This document shows positions 37,000-47,800 of a DNA stretch of 64,000 nt, in pieces (within the stretch, counting starts at the first letter, position 1; each line of letters begins with the position of its first letter). Under the pieces are notes generated by a model that searched no databases, was not told the origin of the DNA, and saw only the letters and a program-made list of their open reading frames with translations. Origin of the DNA: Torpedo marmorata (lineage: Eukaryota); NCBI GenBank assembly GCA_977017645.1, contig OZ360220.1, forward strand, positions 128,464,001 through 128,528,000. The letters are read 5' to 3'. Both the position numbers and the translations under genes were made by a program.

Positions 37000-38179
37000 G
37001 ATGCTCTATCTCGACAAGGCGTCCGCGACCACGTTGTCTTTTCCCGAGATGTGCCTTACGTCGGTGGTGTACTCCGAGACGCAAGTGTCTGCTGGCTGGC
37101 TGACCAGGGATCGGAGATCTTGGCCAGGACGAACGTCAGTGGCTTGTGGTCCGTGAAAGCCCTTCCCTCCAGGAAGTACCAGAAGTGGCGGATGGCTAAG
37201 TACAGCGCCAGTAGCTCTCTGTCGAAAGCACTGTACTTTAGCTCAGGGGGCCGCAGATGTTTGCTGAAGAAAGCTAGTGGACACCAACTTCCTTCTATCT
37301 GCTACTCCAGAACTCCACCAATCGCCGTTCCTGAGGCATCAACCGTGAGGGTGCATCTGACCTGGGGTGGGCCAGGAGTGCGGCATTAGCCAGGGCTTCC
37401 TTCGCTTCCACGAACGCTCGTGCGGAGTCATCGTCCCAGGTCAAGTCCTTCGCTTTGCCAGTCATCGGGGTGAAGAGTGGGTGCATGGTTCGAGCAGCTG
37501 CGGGGATGAATCTGCGATAGAAGTTGACCATCCCCACGAACTCCTGCAGTCCTTTGGTCGTACTGGGCCTCGGGAAGTTGCGGATAGCCTCCACCTTGCT
37601 GGGTAGTGGCGTGGCCCCGCATTTGGTAATCCTGTGGCCCAGGAAGTCAATCGTGCTCAGCCCGAACTGGCATTTAGCCAGGTTGATAGTAAGGCCGAAC
37701 TCACGTAGGCAACTGTAGAGGCTTTGGAGGTGTTGTAGATTTTCCTGCCGGGTTCTGCTCGCCACCAGGATGTCGTCTAAGTAGACGAAGGTGCCGTCCA
37801 GGTCTCGGCCCACCGCGTCCATCAGTCGCTGGAAAGTCTGTGCCGCGTTCTTGAGCCCGAATGGCATCCTCAGGAACTCGAACAGCCCGAATGGAGTGAT
37901 GATGGCTGTCTTGGGGATGTCGTCAGGGTGCACCGCGATTTGGTGGTACCCTCGCACCAAGTCCACTTTGGAGAAGATCGTCACTCCGTGCAGGTTTGCC
38001 GCAAAGTCCTGGATATGCGGCACAGGGGAATGATCTGGAGTGGTGGCCTCGTTAAGCCGGCGGTAGTCGCCGCACGGTCTCCAGCCCCCAGATGCTTTGG
38101 GCACCATGTGCAGGGGAGAAGCCCATGGATTGTCCGACCGCCGAACGATGCCTAACTCCTCGAGCTTGCGGAATTCCAC
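37000..38179 (-). pseudogene. Gypsy reverse transcriptase and RNase H, disrupted
   Basis: [45 protein letters not shown]; the RNase H part is frameshifted. Confidence 0.92.
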
Positions 38180-38269
38180 CTTGGCCAGTTGAAGCTTTTC
38201 CGGGGGAAGTCGTCACGCCCTTGCGTGGAGAGGTGGACCCTTGGTAAGGATGTGATGCCTGCCGCCGTG

Positions 38270-39439
38270 TCAGGGCACCTCCACCATGAACTGAGGGGAA
38301 AGGATTGCCAGGAATTCAGCCAGCACTTTGGAGAACTCATCGTCCAAGCTGTGGACAGAGTCCAGGTGCAGTGCCGGGAGCCCGGCGCCCCTCAGTGCGA
38401 AGGTTTGGAACGTTTCCGCATGCACGAGTCTCTTGCCCTTGAGGTCCACTTGGAGGCCGTGGGCCCACAGGAAGTCCGCTCCGAGGAGTGGCTGTTCCAC
38501 TGCGGCCAGCGTGAACCCCCACGAGAAGTGACTGCCTCCGAACTGCAGCTCGGCCCTACGCTTGCCATAGGTCCATATGCTGGTGTTGTTGGCAGCCCTC
38601 AACGTGGGGCCAGCTTGCCTGCATCTAGTGTCCAAACCTGTCGGGGGCATCACGCTGACCTCCGCTCCTGTATCCACCAAGAATCGTCTACCGGAAAGGC
38701 GATCCCATACGTACAGGAGGCTCTCTCGATGGCCAGCCGCCGTGGCCATCAGCGACGGCTGGCCTTGTCGTTTCCCTGGAACTTGCAGGGCAACCGGCAT
38801 CGGTGGGCCTCGGAGCCCCATCTTTGGTCGTAGAAGCACCATCTCTCCTTGGACTTGTCCCTGCCTCTTGCCTGCCGCTCCTTTCCAGGGCCTGCCTTTG
38901 TCTGGTTGCGAGACTTCATGACAAGTCCCACGGTAGCTGAGCACTTCTGTTTCTGCTTCCACAGAATATCTGCCCGTGCTGCGACGTTCCGGGGGTCGCT
39001 GAAATCCGCGTCAGCCAGGAGCAATTGGATGTCCTCGGGCAGCTGCTCCAAGAACGCCTGCTCGAACATGACGCAGGGCTCGTGGTCTCCCAAGAGGGCT
39101 AGCATCTCGTTCATGAGCGCTGACGGGGATCTGTCCCTTAGCCCATCCAGGTGGAGCAGCCGTGCCCCTCTCTCGCCGCGAGAGCCCGAAGGTCTCAGTC
39201 AATAACTCTTTGAAGGCAGTGTAAGTGTCTTCCGATGGTGGCCTCAAGATGAAGTTTGCCACCCTGTCTGCAGTCTCTGGATCCAGGGCGCTGACCACAT
39301 GGTAGTACCGTGTGGTCTCAGCTGTGATGCCCCGAATCTGGAACTGAGCCTCAGCCTGGTCGAACCACACGCCGGGTCGAACTGTCCAGAAGGTCAGGAG
39401 CTTGAGGCCGACTGCGCTGATCGCTGCTTCGCTATCCAT
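38270..39439 (-). pseudogene. Gypsy gag and aspartic protease, frameshifted
   Basis: LKLLTFW...WFDQAEAQF gag start; C-x3-QRWG-x5-C knuckle remnant; FLVDTGAEVSV protease motif. Confidence 0.88.
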
Positions 39440-39465
39440 CGCTGGGTTTAGATGCCGTCTAAACT

Positions 39466-39478
39466 GTCGGGGTCACCA
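39466..39478 (-). other. Primer-binding site complementary to the tRNA-Trp 3' end
   Basis: TGGTGACCCCGAC 2 nt after the 5' LTR; vertebrate tRNA-Trp ends ...GTCGGGGTCACCA. Confidence 0.85.
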
Positions 39479-39480
39479 AT

Positions 39481-39836
39481 TGTAGTCGACTGCTACGAAG
39501 AAACATACACACGCAGTATGGAAGGTTAAGCTCTCTCCTTTATTGAGGCTGGAAATGATTCTTTTATACAGTCGGAGTTCCCGCCGTTTGGTTGACATCA
39601 GCCGCATGAATAACAATAGCAGGCGGGAATGTTCTTGCATATGAATACCCTTCTTCCCCAGCCTGGTATTGGTCTGTTAGCTGGGCAGCTTGGCCAGCGC
39701 CATTTTCGGGCTGCTGGTCTTGTACTGCTCCAGTTCGCTATGCTAAGGGTCGCGTTACAGTGTGTTATGCCGCTGTTTACTACCGCACGCACCACGCGAT
39801 GTGCAGGCTCGATCTCCGCGGTGGCGGGCCGCCACA
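39481..39836 (-). repeat. 5' LTR of the Gypsy element (356 bp)
   Basis: Direct repeat of 35369-35718; adjacent to the PBS; retains AATAAA at 39544-39539. Confidence 0.95.
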
Positions 39837-39876
39837 CCTGGTAATTTTCATACAGCAACATCCAACAAACAATATG

Positions 39877-40232
39877 TTAATGCCATCTGGCACTCTCCAG
39901 CCAGATGGCATTAACATCGACTTTTCTGGTTTCTGCTAACCTGCTCCCCTCTTCCCCCTTCCCAGTTCTTCTCCCTCCCTTCCCCTAGCCATTCCTTCTC
40001 CCCTTGATCTCTGCTGTCCCCTCCCTCACTTCTCCACCTATCTTCTCCTGCCTTGCGACCACCCCTATTCTCCCCCCCCCCACTCTTTTGTTCGGATGCC
40101 TACCGACATTTTCCTATACCTTGATGAAGGGCTCGAGCCCAAAACGTTGATTATGTATTTTTACCTGCGGAGTTTCTCCAGATTTGTGTTTTTACTTCAA
40201 CCACGGTGTCTGCAAATTTTCATGTTTTACTT
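39877..40232 (+). mobile_element. Penelope-like terminal-repeat fragment
   Basis: Similar to 58340-58756; flanked by a caaacaatatg duplication (39866-39876 and 40233-40243). Confidence 0.75.
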
Positions 40233-41853
40233 CAAACAATATGATAATGTCTGAATAAACTTTGTTTTTAATTAATATTAAATAAGGGATAAATGTTGGC
40301 CATCACACTGGGAATATTCCTCCGACTTCTTCAAAACAGTCCTGTAGAATATTTGGCATCTACTTGAGAAACCAGATGGATGTTTTAGTTAAACATATCA
40401 CTCAAAAGTGCAGCAGCCCCTTAGTTTGTGCTTAGGCCTCTAGAATGCCAATTGAACCCAGAACCTTGGTAATTCAGAAGGAAATATATGCCATAGCTAA
40501 CACAAGGCAAAAGCACTTGCTGTGAAGTAAAAACAGACATGACTCACTGGTACGTTGGTAAAAGCAGGACTAGGTGGTTTTAGTTTGAAATGGCCATACA
40601 TGGATTCTATTTAAGTGAAATATTCAGTATTGTCTGTGACGATGTGAAATGATGCTTCTGATCTACTGACTCGTACAGTGTTAGACAAATATAAGAAAGA
40701 AGCAAACCACTATCTCTGCGCACTTGATTAAACTGATTTCAGAATAAAAAGTAGCCCCCATTTCGATACCAGAATAAAGTCTGCACCTTGCCATTGCAGC
40801 AGCAAAATTAGGGTGCAATTTGAGGTCAGTTTTTGCACAGATGAATATATCCGCATAATGCAGAGGTCACCCAAGACTATCATATATACAATTCTGAGAC
40901 AACCAAGTCTCTTCTTTGTCTCTCTACTAAAAAGTTCAGGTTTCTTTAGCATTAACTCTGGTCCCAGATAAAGTGCCTATATCTGAAATGCACAATATTT
41001 TCCAACTGTCAGTTTGGCAAAAAGATTAGAATTTGAATAATAAATTATCAAAAAGGCCTGGACCAAAGATGCAGAGAGCATTAGGAGTTGGAGGAAAAGG
41101 AGAAAACACTTTGTCAATCCTGTTTCTGTGTGGCCCAGTGATGTTATTGTGATAATGTACATAAATAGCCCCTTTACATGATATGGGGAAAAATTGCTGA
41201 TTTCTGCGTAGCCAAAGAGTTCTCAATAGCCACATTATTCATCACAGATAACTGTAACCAATGATAAAAATAAACATTGTATTTTCTCATTAATATCACT
41301 AGTGTCTTTAAAAAAAACATTTTCCTAAAGTGCAACATGATCCCTTATAGTATTTCTGGCTGCTACAGAAGTAACCTTAGTATGTCAGATACCTGATTGA
41401 CAGTTCACAAACGAAATCCTTCTTCTACTTCAGTATTTGTTTTTAAACCAGTGTCATAAAAATATCACTTTTCTCTTGCAATATCTCATTCTCACACAAT
41501 GTGAAGTATGCCCCTTCCCTGCTGCCTTTCTCTAAAGTTAAAATTATATTCCTGAATCAGATGCAGTAACATCACATTTGACTGGCACTGTGTGTGCGTG
41601 TTTCATTTAAACTGGTTCAGTCCAGTACCCATGTGACTCTAACATGCAGTAGAAAGCTAACAGCAAGCTATGTCAATACTGACTGCAATCACAGAGGGTG
41701 TCCAGACTGCTGACATACATCTTTGTCTGTCTTTGTCTGTCTTCCAAAAAAATAATGAATTTTCAAATGACATGTTTTTGTTGCTGTTGATTTTCCTTTC
41801 CTTCAAGATCTGCACCACAGTCCTGCCCCCAAGTGAAAGATGCCATTTTTGCA

Positions 41854-41890
41854 TCACTGCATCTTGGTGCCCAGTTTCCGTTGTCTGTTT
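41854..41890 (-). CDS. DOLPP1: DOLPP1 exon 8 coding part ([11 protein letters not shown])
   Basis: cctcag acceptor; TGA at 41856-41854. Confidence 0.94.
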
Positions 41891-44800
41891 CTGAGGGGAA
41901 AGGGAAAAGATGAAGAAAACATTAAGCACATTTTTTAATGTTTTAACACTGAAGACCACAGTAGGGAATTCTTAAAACTCAATAGTTGAAAAGGCATAAA
42001 TAATATGCAGAGAGGATAGAAAACCATCTCCTCACTGATCCATCATTATCACTTGAGTGGAATGGGAATGTATAACAGCAGCAATAACTTGCACTTATAA
42101 AGTGCCTTCTGCTGGAACATTAAACAAGGAAAATTAACATCTTGTTTCTACAGATATTAGAACAGGTGACCAAAAGTTTGGTCAACGTTTAGGACAAACT
42201 AAAAGAGCAAAGGTTTCCAGATGAAGAGATTTAGGAAGGAAATTCCAGAGTTTGGAGTCGAGGTACCTCAGGCATAGCACCAATGGACAGCTGCTGAAAA
42301 CTGGACAACAATACTTTACATTAACAACATCAACTGCTTCACTTTCTTCTTGACACCACAAGAAACAAGTCCAGATTACATATTGGCAATGTAGGAGAGT
42401 CAGGAAGAAAGCTGGTCAGTAAAGAGAACCAAAAGGCTACATACTGCAATAACTTTGAAGGCTAGCAGGCAAATGTTTGACAATCTAGACATCACAGAAT
42501 AAGGAGTCAGCATTTGGAATACACTGAGGAGAGATTTCCTTTACTCAGGAGGTTGTGAACTTGAAATACCTTATGTTTAGTCTTTTTTTTTGGCACTGAG
42601 AGAATCAAGAACCATAGAGAAAGGTGGTAAAGAGTTGGTCTTAATGAATAACAAAAAAGTTTGGAAAGGCCAGACAGACGATATCTGGTCCTATTTCTTA
42701 TCAGCTATGTACAACATGAAAACGAACAAGTGAGGATTTAGGATGTGACAGAACAATGCAAGAAAAAATACTCCCTTTTTCTCATCCCATCACTTGCTCC
42801 TCAGGGAAATACAGAGTGAGCTTCTCTTCAGATAATACTGTGGGGAAGTACAGCACCAGCTACTTCTGAAAATGTTGTTCTGATCATCAAAATGCTGCTC
42901 AACTCTACAGAATGTTCATGATACTCAATTCTGATACTTCTCACACCAATTATCCATGGACAGTGTTGTTCAGCTGTTCTTTGCAACTAACTTTATTATT
43001 TGTCAAATTAATCCACTCTGGCAGGATAAGTAATTCTGACTTTTCAATCACACAGACCTATACTATTCCTCGTGACTAACCACTGACCAGCCATCCCAGT
43101 AACTAGGTCTGGATAGGTAAATTTGTCAAGGATGTATGGTGGGGGCGGGCGGTAGTGATTGCTGGCATTCTTCCCACATTGCCTTAAATAAGCTTTCAAA
43201 TTCATGCTCTCCTGAGTGCAATAACCCTGGGAGGCAAAACAGGTTGCTCTCACTGCTCTGTGCTGTACTAGCTACAGACCAGCAGGTACTTCTTTGCATG
43301 CATGCAATGAGATCCTGAAAATTGCCTCAGGCTACTTGTAGTTAAGCTTTTAGATAATAATTAAAGAAAGAATTTTACATTATACAAACACTTCCATGAT
43401 GTCAAGACAACTCAAAGAGCTTTACAACAAACTGAATACATTCAAAATATATTCACTTTTGCAATGTTGAAAATACAGACACCAATTATTCAGCAAGTTC
43501 CTCCCGCAAGCAGTAATGTGAAGTGACCAGATAACTGTATCAATGATATTTATTTAAAGATAAATATTGAGAATAGTTAACTCTCCTATACTTTGATCAT
43601 GCCATGGGATCCTTTACATCTATCTGTGACCACAGATGGGGTCTCATCCAAAAAAAAGACACCTCTGACATGAGACATCTCCTTCATAGTTCCCAAGTAC
43701 TCCACTGGCTGTATCAGCATAGACTGCAAGCCAGTTTCTGGACTGGAATCTAAAACTACCACCTTCTGATCCATTGAACAAGAAAGGTAACACCAGAGTA
43801 TTATCCCATTGAGGATAGAGGGTAGACTCTTTAATTAGGCATACAAAACCATTAGTGATTTTTTTTGCATAGTTTCTCCTCAAAAGGCAGGATATTGTCC
43901 CTGTGTTTCAGACAACACAGATAACCACACAAGTGTCTTGCAAAAGATGTTGACTGCAGTCTTCACGAATAAAGATTTCCTTTCTTCTTGTGGTTAATTA
44001 GGATCACTTGCAAGAAAAAGCTAGGTTCTTTTCTATAATGCCTATAATACAGCAAAAGCTTCCACGATTCTTAATACAAAGACAAGCTCGAGATTTATTC
44101 AGATCAACGTGAAAGCAAGTGTTGAACATTTATCTTACCGTGCTTCTGACCTTGTGACTGTATACTCAAACCAGAGAATATTTGGAATCAGACTTGTGTC
44201 CCGTATCAGGAAAAATTCAGAGATGGGCCTAAATTATGAAGAAAAGTGACAGTAAAATAAATAGCTTTGAATCACTGACATTTCATGCCAGCTCAAAATG
44301 CAGTAAAAAAAAACCCAATGAAGCACATGTTCTGATGACCAGCATGTTGCCTCAGCTCACTGGTCACATCAAATGGAATATACTATTTCTTCCAGCCCCC
44401 ACCCTCAATGGCTTGCTGGCTAGATAAATTGGTCACTCACCTTCACTCCAAGTCACTTCCAACTTCATTTCAAAATGAAGCCATGTTAATTTCATGTCAT
44501 TTTCCAATAAGCCGCAATAGTCTGAACCCACATGATCAGAATGCCCGACCCTGACCCACCCAGATACTACCTGCTTTTGGTTTTCTAGATAACCAGGGAG
44601 TCTGGAGCAGAGAGCCTCAATTAGTATGCAGACTGGGAACACTAGGGTATTCCTCCATCAGAAAGGTTCTCTTGGTCAGAAGCACCCCAGACTTTAGCAA
44701 TGAAGAAAATAGGCACATTTCCCTCTCCACCCTGCCTGAGGAGTGGAGCCTAAGCAGTCTCTCAGATACATTCAAACCTTTCTGCCTGCTGGCCAAAAGA

Positions 44801-47800
44801 TACAGACAAGACTTCTGACATTCCAGTAATCCTGGTGCATCAATTGGTTAATGATGCCTGGATTGCTAATCTGGCTTTGTCAGCAAACAGCCTTGAATCA
44901 AGACCAATCAGAAAACAATTGTCACACAAACCTATGTGCATATCTTCTAACAAGAAAACCCCACATGTGCCAACACCAATTAAAGTAATTGACATCAGGT
45001 CTTCAAATATTCAGCCCTATTAATACTGTTCTAATGAAGTGCTCAAATAAATTATTAACTCGTCTTTACCTTTCAAAGCTATTAATCAGGTGAAGAAGAG
45101 ATATTTGCAAGACAGTGGGGCTGAGAAATGGTGCTAACCCAGTACCTGTACCTTTAAAATATTCAATGGAGATACAACTTGGGAGAGAATGTAGAATGTT
45201 TCTGAAAAGTACCATTCGAAATGTTTGTTCTAATATAGCTAAGCAGAACATGTAATGAAATCTGAACATTTGAAATTCATTCCTATCACCCCCATGTAAA
45301 TATTAAAGTTCACACCACTTACCAAGAAGCTATCCTCGGGAATAGTGGTGTTAGTACCTCTTGTGTAAAGATAAACCAGACTGCTCCCATTACCCCACCG
45401 GCTACAACTCCATATATCACTTGGCTCCAGGAATGGTACATCAAATAGATTCTGCAAGACCAAACACAACATCCCTTCAGAAAATAGCTGAAAAATCTTA
45501 CTGCATTGGCATTGTTCAATCCCTAGATTAATAATAGGTCCTACACCCCTGCAAAAGTATACATCCAATTCCTTTTGGAAGTCAAGTCAAATTTTCTTCC
45601 AATCCCCTTTCAGGGAATGGATTCTAGATCACTAAAAATCAGTGCAAAGAGAGTTCTCTTAATCGTTTTCCCCTCTTCCTTTGTTAATTATCTTAAATCT
45701 CTGTGCTCTGCTACTGACCATTCTACCATAAGAAATAGTCAAACTCTGCAACAAAGCACATTTGATATTTTTGTCTGAAGGCACTAACAATTTCGCAGGT
45801 GTCAAAAACTCTTTGGCATCTGTCAAATGCACACTTCTCACTTAAGAGCCTCTGATGTGTGCATGCAGACATTTATGCAATGCATGCCAGAAATTGTGGA
45901 CCATAATGTGTATTGGAACAAATGAAAACTTGGCACCATCAGAATTAGAGAAAATAAAATTTGTGTAAAGTATTGAATCTGGTGCATTTTATCTATCATC
46001 CTTCAAAAACCCACTTTGTCCTTTGTTTAAAAATGTCATTTTTAACAATGAGAAAGCTAGCCCCTTAATGTTGGATATTAATAAACAGAAATAAAAAAAC
46101 TCTACAGTTCTAGGCAGTCACCTCATCATATAAACCAAACAATTGAAATATCAGTGTCCCCAAGGTTGTTTACTTAACAATCAGACTTAATGCCTTGAAC
46201 TAATAGCTTTGCACTTTAATTGCATACCAAACATCACATGGTAAATTACAAATACAACTATTGTCCTTGTAAATAAAAGTAACACCTAGTGCAATCTACT
46301 GGAAGACAAGGTATTACCTACCTACTATAGGAGACAAGGAAGGCCATAGTCAGCAAACAAATGGATAAAATGTGCCTCCACAACAGGTCTAAACATCTAG
46401 CATTATTTGTTTGGTGCATTCTAGAGAAAGGATCAAATATGAAGTTTTTTCAAATATGTTGAAATTTATCATATCATCACTTGACAATATACATTTGCAC
46501 CTATAAGATTGTAAAATACCCCAAGAGCCTTACAGGAGTATTACCAAAAGAATGTTTGAGATAAAACCAAGCTATGAGGAAGGTTTTTAAGGAATACAGG
46601 TAGTCCTCGACTTACGACCGTAATTGGGACCGAAGGAGTGGTCGTAACTCGGATTGGTCGTAACTCGGATTCATCCTGCCGCGCATATCTGCTACCACCC
46701 CCACCAACATTATTTTCAGTTTAAAGCCTTGTTTCCAGCTCTAGTTGTTGTATTTACTTGGATTCTGGTCCTAGCTAATTCAAGGGAAACCCATCCTTAT
46801 GGAACAGCTCACCCATCCGAGCTCCCGACGCCCCGACAGCCTGCCCATCCGAGCTCCCGATGCACCAGCCATCCGCTCATCTGAGCTCCAAACGCCCCGA
46901 CCGCGGATCCTTGCCTGTGCCGTCCGTCCATCCGAGCTCCTGACGCACCAGCCACCCGCTCATCAGAGCTCCAGACGCCCCGACCGCCCACGCAAGCGAG
47001 CTCTTGTCACCTCGGCCACCCACCCACCGGAGCCTCCGACCACAGATCCTTGCCTGGGCCGCCCGTCCATCCGAGCTCCCGACGCCCCAAACATGTCTTC
47101 AAAATTAAAACACAGATCAATGGCCGTCTTCATTACCCATAATCCCCCACGCAGCTGGAACCGCTCTGCCAGCGCCAGGGAAACGCAGAGAGGTTCCAAC
47201 TGCGTGGGGGATTATGGGTAACGAAGACGGCCATTGATCTGTGTTTTAATTTCAACTGTTACAACGCTTTATTGAAACCCTGATTTAGCGCGACCCTGCT
47301 TTTTTGGCGATGCGATTTTTATGAACCAAGTAAATACTGTAATAAAGAATCTCAACATATATACAGTACTTTTAATACAAAAAAATTTCGGTCGTATGTG
47401 CGGGTGGACGTAACTCGCGTAGGTCGTAAGTCGAGGACTACCTATATCTTAAAGGAGCAAACTTGAAGAGACAAAAGGAAATCCATGCTTAGGGGCCAGA
47501 TAACTAGATTATCAGTGTTAGACCAATGAAAATCAAGAGCAAATGGAGGAATTGACCGGTCTTCTTCCAAAATAACTGGGTTTTTTTTACAAAAAGGACT
47601 ATCATTACAGTCCTGCAAGTTTGGAGGTGGCTGATGATACTACCAAGGATCCTGCAGATTTTACCGCAGGAGGGGGGGAGCAAGAGGAAGTGCAATCTCT
47701 TCCTATATAAAGCTCAGAATTGAGTATCCATTTTGGAAGTTTGGTCCCAGGCAATGCAAACCATGTGACCTGTCACAAGGAGTCAAATGAGTGTAATTAG

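Larger units (their letters stand above)
35369..39836 (-). mobile_element. Ty3/Gypsy LTR retrotransposon, full-length, frameshifted
   Basis: Two TG..CA LTRs; CCTG TSD at 35365-35368 and 39837-39840; PBS; PPT; domain order gag-PR-RT-RH-IN. Confidence 0.96.

Noticed and set aside
35528-39205. Plus-strand ORFs up to 214 aa within the Gypsy element, or an env gene
   Set aside because: They are antisense shadows of GC-rich gag-pol. Integrase runs to the PPT, leaving no room for env.
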